NCBI GenBank assembly: GCA_021613535.1
Contig: CP075492.1
Location: forward strand, 7,502,001-7,566,000
Origin: Adineta vaga
Lineage: Eukaryota > Animalia > Rotifera
DNA: 64,000 nt
Direction of reading: 5' to 3'
Made by a program: the position numbers and the translations under genes. Positions 39,205 through 53,843 of this stretch are shown here, one piece after another. Under the pieces are notes generated by a model. That model made no database searches, had not been told where the DNA came from, and saw only the letters and a program-made list of their open reading frames with translations. Each line of letters begins with the position of its first letter. The stretch's first letter is position 1.

Positions 39205-39951
39205 ACTTGAAATTCACCTGTCTTCTAGAGATGAATATGATAATTTGTTAATTGACGTTGTTGTCTTATAATCTGGAAAGGATACGAGTTTTCGAATTTT
39301 TCTATGAATTTATATTAAATCAGAGAGAAATGATAGATTCATGTAAACGAAAAATTGACTTTTGAAAATGTCATGAAGAGGAAACAGCAAGCAGCTTTTT
39401 ATAGAAACTACACACTGAAAAACACTTATGGCGCATCGTTTTTGAATAAAATTTTCAAGTACATTCGAGGTATCATGATTTAATTGTCGAGCTTAAATAA
39501 TCTCTTTATATTCAATTTTATTTATAGTATCAGAGAACAAGGATAACTTTCCCTTAGTATAATCACCAAAGAAATAAAAGAGAGAAAAACCAGCTGCTCC
39601 ATTCAAACGAACAACGTATTATGATCATATATATATTTTCTGCCAGCTGGTTCGCTTGCCAAAACGACATTATAACGAAATATATTATTTCATTATCACT
39701 AAGCAAACGGGGGAAAGAAATGACACGTATTTTGTAATCTAATGAAGTAATATCTATGATTTGACATGAACTCAAAATAATTCCTAAAGCCCCATCGTTA
39801 TCATTTGAAGTTAATATTGGTATCTCTCCTATTTACTCACACCGTTAGACAACATTTATTTATTATTTATTTGAAAAAATGTTCAATTCATATTCTGATT
39901 TATTATAATCATATATACGAATATAGTATACTTTGTTGTACATTGGTCCGA

Positions 39952-42897
39952 TCATTTTCGGAACATTCGGAAGAGTGGATGTATTGGCTTAGCTGATTGA
40001 GAGTTTTTGTTGCCTCTTGGCTTCGTATTTACTGGCCTATTGTTAATTTGATCGGGTATTGTAAGAACTTCTGCCAGTAGTTGGTTTTGTTGCTCGTCTG
40101 TCGATAGATGAAGTTTTGCCTAATAAAATATGCATAGAAAATAGTCACATCGTTCTATTTCAAAACAATAGTGAAGACATACCGTATTAGGAACTATATC
40201 TGTATATGAAAGAGTTTCATATGAATAGCCTTGTTCTTTTAAAAAGCGTTGTCTATCTGATAAACAATCTATTTCATCGGTTTCTTCTGAAGCAAGCGAA
40301 TAGAAAAACGCATTGTTATCCTTGGCATCGCAATCTAAAACAAGTTATGAAAAAATGATATTCCAGTTGTATTAAAGAATTCAACAAACTTTTTTTCGAT
40401 CGAAGAATACGACCAAGTCGTTGTGCCTCTTGTCGCTGTGAACATCCATGACTAGATAATTGAATGACTACATTTGCTTCAGGTAAATCAATTGCCGTAT
40501 CACCGACCTAATTAGTTTTTAGTTATCATATGATATAATATATCTTTGATATAAAAATGAACTTACTCGTGAAATGAAAATTGTGTTAATTTTTGGATTG
40601 CGTTGAAAATTTTGTAAAAGACACATGCGTTCATTGTGTGACACCTCTCCGTGAACAAATGGTCTAATGTAAATAAATGACATATAGGTTTATAGTAGAA
40701 CAATACGTCGTTTATACTTCATAAGTTTGTGTGCATATATTCTCAATGCAAATACATCATCACAGAAGACAATAATTTTATCATTTCGTTTTTCGTGAAA
40801 TTCAATTAAAAATTGACAAGTACGAAATTTATTTGGATTAAATACACTTAGTTGTCGTTTCAATGCATTCTCTGAAGTCCGACGATATTCAGACAAGAAT
40901 TCTGGAGTCATTTGACAATGAATCTGTTTAAAGAGAAAATAAGAGAGATTTGATAATTGAAAAATCATTATAGTATTAATAAACTGACTTCTGCACAAGA
41001 AACTTTGGCGATAAATCCTGCGTTTTGTAGTTCCATCCAATTAGCTTTATATAGACTTGGTCCAATTAAGAATTTTAGATCGCTTATTCTGCCATCTTCA
41101 CGTACAGGTGTGGCAGTAAGACCTAATTTGATATGTGCACGCACTGTAGTTAATATTTTTCGAAAACTATCAGCAGGACACATATGAACTTCGTCAAGAA
41201 GAATAAGACCTATTGATTCGACATTAGCAAAGAAAAATTACATCGAAAAAGTCTATACGACAAACCCCAATCAGAATTTTTCAGTAATTTCATCGCTTGA
41301 TTCGTGTCTACAGTATGTGTAGTAGTAGAAGCAATCATCTGATATGTACTTATATAAATACACGCATCTATTTATGTCGAAAAATAAGAAAACTTTACAT
41401 CATTCCATAAGTTTTAATAATCTTACCGTTCGAAACATTCTTCTTTTTAGATGTAAACAATCGTATCATGGAATCAGTGATAGTAGACCATGTTTTAAAT
41501 TGTTCTCTCCATTGTTCAACAGAAATAGTTGAGTTACACAGTACAAGACATCGTTTGTTGATTGTACAGGCAGCAGCTACACCTACCAATGACTTTCCAG
41601 CACCTAGAAAATATTCTTATGTTTTAATACCACAATAGTCACATCGTTGATACTTACCACAAGGAAGTACGATTATACCAGATCGAGCTCGTCCTACCAA
41701 AAAAAAAAGGAAAAGAGGTTCATAGTGATCAATAGCAGAATAACTATTACCATTGTTGAATACTTTTCGTAGACTTTCTTCTTGATAAGGTCTAAGTTTA
41801 GCATTCTCAGAAAGTTCGATGTTGAGATTCGGTAATAATGTATCATGAACAAAATCATAGTTTTCAACTAATGGATATTTCAATTGTTGACATCTGAAAA
41901 TGTATGAAGCAATCAAACTATATAAAAACAAAGGAAGAGAGACGAATTTCACACCGTTTTCTCAATAATCCAACTTTTATTTGCTTCACTTCAAATGACA
42001 TCGATTCGGTATCTTCCGTCAAAATTCTATCAATTAGATTATCAGTGGAAATCAATCGACAATCTTGAATTTGAGAGTCTCTAATTAATGTGTTCCAAAC
42101 ATCCTAATCGAAACAACATTACGGAATATTGGTTAAAAGTCAGTGAATCAAATAAACTTACCGGAGAGAGACATTCAAAAATATAACGATTTTGTTTCAA
42201 TTCCAATCGAACTTTGCCATAACTTTCTGTGCATGACTATCAAGCAACAATTTATGTTTAAAAAGAATGCCAACAGATGATTGATACGAATATTATACTT
42301 TAATGAGATCAATTACAGCACTCGGAACATTTGTCCTGCTTAATTCTTGTAAATCTTCGAGAATTGTTTCACCTTTCAAGCCGAAAAACATTGCAGTATC
42401 AAAAGAATTAGATGTTATTCGGTAAGTGTTCGTATGGTCGGAATCATCGACAGGCTAAAATAAAAATTCATTGCTTTATCGGGTATAGAGAATCTATACC
42501 TCAGCGACAGCAAATAATAGCTCTTGAGCACGTTTATAATTCGATGAGAATGATTCAAGAATGATATGACCATCTAAAGAGTTGACTTTTCCTTCGTCTA
42601 TGATTGAATGATTGAAAAAATATATATCAAACTCATACCAGAGGCAAAAGATAATGGACAATCTAAAGATACAAAAAAAAGGGAAAGATTAACAATCTTT
42701 ATGTTTTCAATACACTCTAGTCAATTTTATTATCACCCTGATCAAAACTTTCTTCTTCATCTTTTTCTTCATTAGTAGTATATTTGAGTTTTTTTAAATG
42801 TTGCTCATTTGATTCTAAAATATGATGTTTCGTTTATTTAGGAAATTGATTTCAAATCAAAATCCCTATTACCCTCTGATGCAGCGTGTTTATTCAT
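39952..42897 (-). CDS. ERCC3: XPB/ERCC3-like TFIIH helicase, divergent (many exons)
   Basis: [66 protein letters not shown] and C-terminal HPLFRMFRK*. Confidence 0.88.
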
Positions 42898-43428
42898 GAT
42901 TTCAGATTCGAATAATCGTAAGTGGAAAAAGAGCTGAAGTGACGATAATAAATCGCGAGAAAACAACTGTCATTTGTGGTGGAGGTATTCACTTTTATTT
43001 ATAACTATTCGTCGCAACAGAACAAACATGAATTGTGAGTCATATTACAAACAACGGATTGGTTAGTGTTGGGAAAGAAAATACTGACGCATGGGTTTTA
43101 TCCACAATCAACATCAATCGTATAGATAGTTGCGTAATTAAAAAATGACTTATACTAGAATGTTCCGTAGAGGAAGAAGGGAATATTCAAAATTGATGCA
43201 AAACATTTAAAAATGGATTTCTGATCTGATAGTCTTTTCATTGAGAGAAGAACAAAAAAGTTTATATGTACGCAGCATTGATCTTCTAGTATATTGATTT
43301 ATTTGGCGTTCGTTTTTTTAAAATTTATAATAAGCCAATGATAGGTTATAAAATACATAAAGAACTATTTATTTTTACAATTTAAACAATACTATTGTTT
43401 GTTTTTCATTGTATGTAATATTCAATTC

Positions 43429-43646
43429 TAGGATCACATCTTGAGGGTGGGTGTGGATTTGACGAGTTATAATCTGACCATGGGTAGAAGGGTGTTATTT
43501 GCGTAAAAACTCATACTGTTCCTCACTTCATTTCAGATACAATAGTGTCATCCGTTTTATAACCCTAATTCATCCTCATGCACACCGATATTCACACAAA
43601 TCCAACCACACCTACATCCACATCCACACCCTCAAGATTAGACCTA
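43429..43646. mobile_element. MITE-like element (family shared with 1533-1605)
   Basis: TAGGATCACATCTTGAGGGTG...CACCCTCAAGATTAGACCTA: inverted ends bounded by TA. Confidence 0.65.
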
Positions 43647-43734
43647 CAAATATAGATTCTAACGCGCTATATTTTTTAAAGGATATTTGAATCGATGACA
43701 TGTTGAAATAGAATTCATTTCTTTTGTATATTTA

Positions 43735-45037
43735 TCAAGCTGTTTCAATAGAAAAATAGACATCTCGACAAGTTCCATATTGTCCAAGACTTATATGAAG
43801 TGTGATCACATAAGTACCATCCTGAATATCGCGTTTGCCATTTATGTATTTGTATCGATCTGAATGATACGTAGACTGAATTTCAGTACGTGCTTTATAA
43901 AAGGAAGAACAATATTGAAAGTTTGTATTTTGCAGTAGAAAATCGTTGCCAGTACAGGAATACTCTGCTAAGACAATATCATGTTGATCGTATTCTGTAA
44001 AATTAACACGTAGATCATTCACTATATCAAACCAACCACTGAAAAAGTATTTCAAGGTACGATTTCGTCTAACTATCGTCGCCCAAGTACGTGTTGTGCT
44101 AATATTAATAGTTTGTTCAATATTATTTTCATGCACTATATCTTGACAACCAGAATTACTAAAGCGATTTGGATTTCGACCGTTTGTACCGTTCGGAAGA
44201 GCAGCATTGGAAATAGATCCCACACTATTAAGCTATCATAATGAAAAATAAAAACAACATACACGAGTTTAATATATGTCATAGAATAGTTACCTTTGCC
44301 GAACTAATCTTTGCATTTCTTAGATTTGCTGCAGTGAAATCAGCTTTGTAAACACTTGAATTACTAAAATCTACTTCAGTTAAATCAGCTTCGTGAAATG
44401 TTGCATAATTGAAAGAACTGTTCAATAACGTTCCATGCATACGACTAAAAGTAAAATCACTATGAGAGAATGATCCGGAAATGAACGAAGCATTTTCGAG
44501 ATAACTTGAGGCAAAAGATATATATTGCATGTTAATACTTTCTCTCAATGAACCTAAACGAACAGAATTGAAATCGGCATATCGAAGACTGAGAAATGTT
44601 GGATTTTCAGTAGCAATCAATCGAGAATTACGAAGAAATTGAATTAAATGACCTTTTCGTATTGAATCTAATTGACGTAATACAGCCAATGTTTTTGGAT
44701 AGACAATCGCGTTCAGAATTTGTCTATTTAATGAAAGATTATTAGCAAGCAATAAATCGGATATATCATCTATATAAGTAACGAGAAGAGTATTACGTTG
44801 TTCATCGATAGCTAAATCCAAATTTTGCTGATGTTGTTTTGATGCAATTTGTAGATCAATATCACGATTAGTCTTCGCAATTGACTCTTGCTGAAAAGCA
44901 AGAATAATTGTAAATACCGCTAGTAATACAGGAATAAGTATTGCTGAAATAAAATGAGATATAGTTTTGAATCGATGTTTTGAACAATAGAATGAATAAA
45001 GTGTATCATTTGCATCCTTGAAGTTCTTATCGTCCAT
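43735..45037 (-). CDS. Membrane-anchored pentapeptide-repeat protein (2 exons)
   Basis: TM helix, coiled coil, TLAVLRQLD..RK..LIQFL, then A(D/N)(L/F)xx repeats and ALPNGT. Intron at ~44233-44292. Confidence 0.8.
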
Positions 45038-45941
45038 TGTAAAATATGTGAAAATGATTTCTTTCTGTTTTACTAAAATTTGCGCTGTTGTATTTATCTT
45101 CGGATAAGTATTCAAGAAGAATCATATTACAATTGACGCTGATTTACTCAATCTGTCATTTGCTTTGCTTCTTATGCGCTAGGTAAAAATATGATTGTTC
45201 GCTATTCTGTTGCAAATGCTCTACTTTCATATATATTCTACGTTTCCATCATTCAAGATCGTTAGTCATATTAATGAGAACATATGAATGTACTAGAAAT
45301 GTCAAATAAACTTTTGAAGGTGAATCATTACATTACTTTGTATATATTGAAAGCAGATACGTCAATAATATTTTTACACTAAATCGATCAACAAACAATT
45401 ATTTATATGCGTCTATCGATCCCTATGGCTGATATCTTTGAGAATTGAACAAATATTTTAATACTTTCTACTGATCGTTTTATTTGCTGGTTGCTTCCAT
45501 ATTCAATATACTTTTTTCTGTTAACAGAAATCCATGGTTGACTACTTGAGATGAATTCTTGAATACATTATAACGTGCGACTCTCCGATATTCAAGTTAT
45601 ATGAAATGGGTATCTTGAATCATATTTATTTATAATTCACATGTGCTGATCACATTGCAAGTGGTAAACGATAGAAATAGAATCGATCTCGGATATTCTG
45701 CTTCAACAATTCTTAACTTATTATCGTATTGTTTTATCTTAATAGAAATAAATGTATGATCTATTATTTTCGTCAAGCAGTGAAAGATCATTTATTTCAG
45801 TACAACGAGTTACAATAGACAAAGAAGCAGTTGCGAAGTGAACAAACAATAAAAAATAAAAATCTACAACTTTTCTCAAACGTTCTTTTACTTATGTCAC
45901 TAATTAGTTGTTATCATTTGATCTTTTATTGATTGTTGTAG

Positions 45942-47319
45942 TTAGTACACTTCTACACTATTCAAAAGAATACTATTACTCTCGCCACCAACCACTAAAA
46001 CTTTTCCAGTTGGCAAAATCGATGTTGTATGAAGACTTCGCGTAGTATTCATAGCATCCGTAATTGTCCAACTGTCTGAGGATGGATCGTATAACTCAGC
46101 ACTATTGAGATATACACCATTGTAACCACCAACGACTAGTACTTTTCCATCGGATAATACTGACGCAGTATGATAAGCACGTGTAAAAGTCATGTTTCTT
46201 GTTGTTGTCCAATTTCCTGCTAATGGGTCATACAATTCAGCAGTTCCCAAGTAAATACCATTATATCCGCCAATCACTAATACTTTTCCATTGGATAATA
46301 CCGATGCAGTATGATATTGTCGTGTATATTTCATTCGATTAGTAATTGTCCAAGTGCCTGTGGATGCATCATATAATTCAGCAGTATTGATATAAGTACC
46401 ATTATATCCACCGACAGCTAGTACTTTTCCATTTGGTAACACAGATAATGTATGATCGACACGTATATCTATCATGCTGCCAGTTGTTGTCCAGACATTC
46501 GCTGAGAGGTTATATAGTTCTGCACTTCTGAGAAAAACAGAACCTGAATCTCCACCACAGATTAGCATTTGTCCATTCGTCATTATTGATACTGCATGAG
46601 CACCTCGTTGCATATTCATCTGTGCTGCAACTGTCCAAGTTCCAGTTGATGTATTGTATAATTCGACATTTTTGAGAAAAGAAACACCATCATTTCCGCC
46701 AGTAATCAATACATTTCCATTTGTTAATACAGATGCTGCGTGAAATTTACGTGCAATATTCATAGCATTGACAGTTGTCCAATTGTTTGTTAATGGGTTA
46801 TACATTTCTACATTATTTAACGACACACTATCGTATCCACCAACTAACAATACGTTTCCATTATTCAATACAGATGCTCTATGATATTTTCGAGACTTCT
46901 GTATATTGCCGACAAATTTCCATCCTAAAAATACAATAGAAAAGATTGAGTTTGTAGATCTTCCGTTCATACTGACCTGTTGATGTCAATATTCTTCCAT
47001 TAGCCGCCGTAATCATCGTAATAATATCATAGTTTACTGACAGATTATTCTTGTAATTCAATATATTAGCAAATAATTCGCAGTAAGTCGATGATGAATG
47101 AAAACTAATTGCTTCACATTGCTCGTCGTTCAGACACGCTATTTGACATCGACGAATCGTTGATACCATAAAAGTTGCAAACGGTAAACACGTTGTATTG
47201 ACACATACGAATTGTCGACTATTTGCTACAAACATTGTGAATGATCGCATATTTTCTGAAGCAGATCGTGCAATACACATCGCAATCAAAAGCAATAGGA
47301 GCATTTTTGCTCGTGTCAT
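45942..47319 (-). CDS. Secreted PAN/Apple plus Kelch-repeat beta-propeller protein (2 exons)
   Basis: Signal peptide, CQIACL...C.AISF.....C.L (PAN), and about seven R.YHTASVL.NGKVLV.GG....L..AELYDP...W repeats. Confidence 0.88.
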
Positions 47320-48828
47320 GATTGGTGAAATACAAAAAAATGAACTAAAATGATGTACTAAATCAGAAATATCACTTCTATCTCTTTTGTGAAAATTTTG
47401 ATGAATTTTGAAGATGATCATGAAGTTGAAGTCTCACTTATACAACATCGGAAATGAAAATAATGGTAGAAAAGGAGTGCACTTTCAATCAGTATTTTTT
47501 TATCATGATTACTATTCAATCTCAAGTGTTCCTATTAGATTCAATACGGTCACATTAATGACTGGATCCTTCGATATGATTTTAAATTTTTATTATCAAC
47601 AGTTCATGTAATTTCCTTTACTGCACTCATGAGTCGTCGTTGAAGATATTTTTCATGATACTTCCAATACTTCAGCTACCTTGAACAATGCAATAATTAT
47701 AAATAATAATGAAATAACAAAAAATATATGAGCAATTTGAAGAGAATATCTTGATATGCTATCAAATATTGCATTAATATAAATATTACAGGGGAAAATC
47801 AGGTATGGTTAAGAACAGAATAAGTAAAATAATATGAGGAGTTATTCGTAATTTTCGCTTTACATGAGATATTATTAGGATTAACATGTTTAATAAAAAA
47901 ATCAAACTAAAAATCTATATCACTATTATTACATAACTAGCATTCATTGTTTCATGAGTAGAAAATGTATGAACATGATTATATAATTAGACGATAAAGT
48001 CCTTCCTGTTATCATACAGAAAGTGGAATATATAAATCATCGATTTTATTGGTTTTCATGTCAATGCTCACTTCTTGTCGCGAACGAAGAATGTTTATTT
48101 ATAAAATCGAGAGTAGCTACATATCTTTCAGCAACGTGTAACGACATCGATAGAATTTGATTCTTCTTTTGCAAATATTATATTAAAAGATTTTCAACTT
48201 ATTGAAGTTAATCAAATCACTTGATTTAAAAGAAATGATATAATATTGATTACATAGTTAACAACGGAATAAAAAACTATTGGAAAGAATCCGAATCATT
48301 GTTTATATAACTCAATGATCGATAATGATTCTAGACATTGTATCACATAATATTTGTTGTCAGTCGTACAACCAACAAAGAAAGAGAGAGAGAAAGAGAG
48401 AGAGTAAAGAATGTGACCTTTTTTGAAGAAGTCTGTATATCTATCAAACGAAGTAGATCAACATCAACAAATCGATTCAGTTCTTTGAATAAGGATTATT
48501 CGTTACGTTCTTTTTTTCTTTTCTTTTCTCTCATTTGACATTCTTTTCATCTAATAATAAAACACCTCAACGATGAAAATATGCAACTACTGAACCATCA
48601 TAAACGACCCTGTGATTGTAAGCACCATTCATATTTTCTCACGTTGAGTTAATATTTGTTAGAAAAGAACAAAAAAAAGAGATAATGTTATATAGTTCGA
48701 TAAGAAACACAAGATCAGTTGAGAAATTTTCTTCTTACATTCAAAATGATCTTTAAACAGTTTCTTTTTCTTTCTGGTAAGATATTCAAACGATATAGCA
48801 ATGCTTGTAGATTATAGAATTTAGATCA

Positions 48829-50474
48829 ATGGCTTATTCTCTCATTTCAGTTTTTAGTTATAGCTATGCTATTCTTATCATTGCTTGCTTTGTGATGAGA
48901 AAAACAGCATTAGCTGATTATGATTGTTCTGCAAAAGATGATGGCTGGTATTATGATCCAGAATTTTGTCATATCTATTGGCGTTGTATACATGGTTCAG
49001 CTGAAGAATTTGAATGTGCGAGTGGAACTGCTTGGGATCATTTTGCGAATCGTTGTAATTGGCTTGATAGTGTCGATTGTTCTCGTGCAGAGAAAACGAC
49101 ACCAAAAGTCAGTTCTGAAGAAGACGATGAAGGAGAAGAAGATGCCCAAGAAACGACAAATGAGGAGAACGAAACAGAAGATGAAACACAAACTGTAACT
49201 GTAAAAAAATCGAAAAAGAAAAAGAAGAAAACAGCATCAAATAAACGAATGGTGGATGATAATGAAGACGAAAATGATCGTGAGATTTAAAGATATTGAT
49301 TGCATGAATACTGGTCTATGCTTATTTTTGGAATATGAATATCTTCTGCTTCTTTTTCTTCATCTTTTGAATGATTCATCAAACTTTTCTTCCAGCATCT
49401 TGTTTACTTGTTTGCCAAGCAAGTTCATCTGCCGAAAAATTCTGTTCTGGTCGGGATGGATTCTTTGCGTAAGAAATATTTACTAATTTTTTTAACAAAT
49501 TTGCATGAATTATATCCGTTCTATCAGTGATCCTGATTTTTGCACGAGATATTATCGATGTTCGCATGGTGTTGATCAAGGTTTCGAATGTCCAAAAGGT
49601 ACTGCATGGGACGACGAAAGCAAATCATGTGCATGGATTGAACAGGTCAATTGTGAACAAAAAAAACTTGATTATTCAACCAGTACTATTACTACTGAAG
49701 GCATGCTATTCTGTTCTACTCATCTGTCGTTTTTCTTATTTCTTGAGAGTATCATTTTTTTTCTTTCTCCTTTAGATTCAACAACATCACGTAAAAAGTC
49801 TACAACAGAATCTTCGAGTCCTGAATCAAATAAGCCATCAGCTTTACCACCGACCCATGGGAAGGATGGCAGCGGTAGTAGTCTATCAGGTTTTGATTGT
49901 CAACCAACAGGTGTTTATACTGTTGCTGATTCAACACAATGTAATGCTTATTATCAATGTGATCGAGGCATACAAACAAGATTGAATTGTGCTGAAAAAC
50001 AGCTATTTGATGAAGTCAAACGTGTATGTTTGGATTTTGATCGAGTTAATTGTGGTACTCGACCAGTTAATTTAGCAGATAAAAATCAATGTAAGTAATA
50101 GAATGTAAGATTAAACTTAATTCTTCGGATATTTACAATTAGGCGTCGGTAAACGTGATGGTATTCATGCAGATACTGAACGTGGTTGTCATTATTATTA
50201 TACATGTATATCACAAAATAAAATGCGTGAAACAAAATGTCTAGGTGATCAAATGTATAGCAGTTATACAACTAAATGTGGTCCAGCAAGCAGTGCTCCA
50301 ATGCCATGTGGTACTTATGTTTTAGGAAGTGCAACAATACAATGTATGTTAACAGTTATGAATTTCCATTAGATAAAGTATTTTTTTTCTTTTATTTTAC
50401 TAGATCATCGAAATATTGGTTATTTCATCTCGTTTCTTCTCACAATAATATTCTTCGTTCTTATTGATTTTTAA
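48829..50474 (+). CDS. Chitin-binding peritrophin-A (CBM14) multi-domain protein 1
   Basis: Signal peptide, four six-Cys CBM14 modules (C..YYRC.....F.CP.GTAWD....C.W...V.C), acidic and Ser/Thr linkers, hydrophobic C-terminus. Confidence 0.85.
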
Positions 50475-51119
50475 TCAATCGGACACGTTGTTTTTTTTCG
50501 CATTTTGTTTTTCTACTCTTATTGTATGTGACTATTATTGGTGTAGTTCATGTTTTATTGTTTAGTATCGAGAAAAGAAACGATTAAAATAAAGAATTCT
50601 AATACAGGTCATTCAAAACAAATCAAGATGACCTAGAAATTTAAAAAAAAGAATATTGTAATATTATTCATAAAAAAAAACAAATCCATAGATGGTTCAA
50701 ACACGATTTCTTTCGTAATCTTTTGTTCACTTGATAAATATGTATATCAATCTCTTCAAACGTACATGTAATCTTTCTTATTTATTTCTTTCGCATACAT
50801 TACTAATCATTTCACAATCGATTGCATCATCCTAATTAATCCATTGCAGTCGTTCGATTGACGATGTTCTTTATTGTCGTTGTGTTTTTTTCTTTTGTAC
50901 ACCCGATGAAAGAATCCAAAGAAAATTAAATCCCAAATAAACAATGTTGATCTAATACAGAGCGAGTTTGTTGTCTACATATGCGTGTGTATACGTTCAA
51001 TTAAAAGATGTGCATCTCATTGTAACATAAAACGAAGCTTAAAGAGCAAAAAAACAGAAACATAACTGTTATTTGAAAGAAATTTATTCAATAAATGAAT
51101 TATAGAATATGGACATACT

Positions 51120-53087
51120 ATGGATAAATATTGCTGGTGGTATTTGATATTTGTGTTTATTTATTCGATTGAATCACGTAATTTATTGGTTTCAAATGAA
51201 TCAACGATTAAAAAACAAACGTCGACGAACTCGACCAATAATTTCCTCCAATTTCAGTCGACTATTACAACGTCTTTGGCAACGATTACGACAACAATTC
51301 ATTCGAACAGCACCATTCAATCATTTATAACCAAGCCGAATTCTTATCTTTACAATCCTGATGAAGATGAAAGTCTTTTAGATCGAATAAAACGAGATAC
51401 TACACCATTTGTTTGTAAAAGTAAGATGATTTTTTTTCTGTTTATCAATCATGAAATTTAATAGAAGGAGAGATTGTCTTTTTTTAGCTGATGGTTATTT
51501 TCCCGATCGACAAAACTGTCGAATCTATCATATTTGTACATCAGGTGTAGATACAGCGTCTGTTTGTGCTGAAGGAACAGCTTGGGATCCAGTTAAGAAA
51601 AACTGTGGATGGGAAAATACTGTTGAATGTACGAAAGGTTTGAGAAAATGGAATCAAATTACTGATATTCGTGGAGGTACAGGATAAATCATAATGTCTT
51701 TTTTCACGTGTTTTATATGTATATAAAAAATTTAGTAACATTATTTGCGACGGATGCAGCATTATCTTGGCGTGTAAAAAAATCTACAACAACACGTCAA
51801 CCAATAAAAGTTGATTCAAATTTTACATGTGAATATGATGCTGAAGGACTTTTTCCGGGTATACTATTACTTTCTTTTGAGGAAATAATGAAAAGATTTT
51901 TCTAGATCCAAAATACTGTCATATCTATCATTTTTGTGCAATTGGTGCACATCAAGTTTTACAATGTGTAAATAATCTATGGTATTCCAGTACAACTCAA
52001 GGATGTGATTGGCCAGAAAAATCGGATTGTTCGTATTTGTGAAGGATTTGATTTATTTGAAAATATTTTCTATGAATAGGTAAAGCTGGAAATCTACAAA
52101 CATCATCAACAGCAGCAACAAATATGATTGATGGTGATGGAAATATTGTTACTACACCAAGAAATTTTCGACTAAATATTTATTTACCAATTGAATGTCC
52201 ACCTGGCGTACAAAAATATTTTCCTGATCCATACGATTGTTCAGCATATCATTATTGTAATGGTAAGAATACTCTTCTTTTGTTTTTACTTCCGAAATGT
52301 TTTTCAAATATCATTTCAATCATAGGTGGTGTCGATCGACCATCATTTTGTGATGCTGGTCTCTACTATGATAAGAGTAAGTATTATTGATATACTTTGA
52401 AATTTCCTTATAAATTGATTGATTATGTTTAGAACATGGTTGTCAATGGCCAAAAGATGTTCCTCATTGTGAGTAATTCATTTTTATTTGTATTCATCTA
52501 TAACTTATTGGAAAACAAAATGCACACATTCAGGTCAACATAAATGTCCTCCCAATGGTCAACGATTACGTTTTGTAGCTACACATAGTTGTTGTCATTA
52601 TTATGAATGTATTAATGGTCATTTGAAAGAACAAGTGTGTCCATTACATAAACTTTATTCAGTTGAAACGAAAAGTTGTGAAAATTTTCAAGTTGTCAAT
52701 TGTGGTTCACGTGAAAAATGTATCGATCCTTGTAAGATTACTTGAGTTATTTCGTATTTTTTTCCATCTTAGAAATTTTCTTTTCTTTTAGGTGATTATG
52801 ATAATTCTCCACTTTGTGAATTTAAACCTGTCTGTCGAGAAAAACCCAATGGAAATTATGTTGATCAATATCGACCGAATTGTCAATTTCACTATACATG
52901 TTTAGAAAGTCGAACATTTAATTATACAGCATGTGAACATGGTCATCGATTTTCTGTCCAACATCAAAGATGTTTGCCTGCTAAACAAGTCAAATGTTTC
53001 GCAAGACGAAATGAGCAATTATCATTTCAATTCTTCTTTTTCTTCGTTTGTTTTTTTTCTACAAATTCTTTACTAAAGATATATTAG
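51120..53087 (+). CDS. Chitin-binding peritrophin-A (CBM14) multi-domain protein 2
   Basis: Signal peptide, Thr-rich region, about five CBM14 modules spread across many exons, hydrophobic C-terminus. Confidence 0.85.
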
Positions 53088-53843
53088 ATTAAATAGAACC
53101 ATTACGAAGAAATTCCATAGTCATATATGTCAAATCATGCTTTTATGAATTACAAACGTACCTTGAAAAATATCGTGCGACATCATGTCAATAAAATCTT
53201 TTCGTTTTTGTCCTTGTATTGTACATAATGATAAGTTTTTGCTTCTCGTTCTTATCAAAAAAAAACATGCTGTAGATATGAAACGATAGAAAACGTGCAT
53301 TAATTCTAACAACTTATACATTTCGTCGATTGAAAAACTACCTATTTGTTATTTATATTATTATAATACGTAAGTAATAATAAAAAATAGTTGATAGTGA
53401 CAGAATCCTTGTTTTTATACATCTACAAATGAAGTCATCATGACATTCATCTGTAACGTGAAAACAAAATAGTCTATGGTGGATGAAAACTTCTTTTTTT
53501 TTGATAAAATTATTTATTTTAACTCGATTTGTATCGTTTTTGCGATGAGATCATTTGTCAAGCATATTTTTCTGCGTTGCCTCTAGTTAAACAATCACTT
53601 TAAATAAAAAACAGTTTATTATACACGATGCTTTTAGTTTGTCGAAGAGAAGAAAGCAAAAATTTATATTTTCATTTCGTTACCTTATGCATTTTAATGT
53701 CTTCGAATTGCACGTCTGTTTTGAAATCTTGCCAACCAAAAAACAAAAAAATACAAAACATCTGAAATTATAAATAAATTGTTTCTCACCAATGTTCACT
53801 TTTCATCTATATACCTGACTCATTCAGATTTCCAACGGTCACC

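Noticed and set aside
45960-46920. Regular ~141-bp DNA periodicity resembling an array
   Set aside because: Explained by Kelch coding repeats. There is no CRISPR repeat-spacer structure, and the DNA is eukaryotic.
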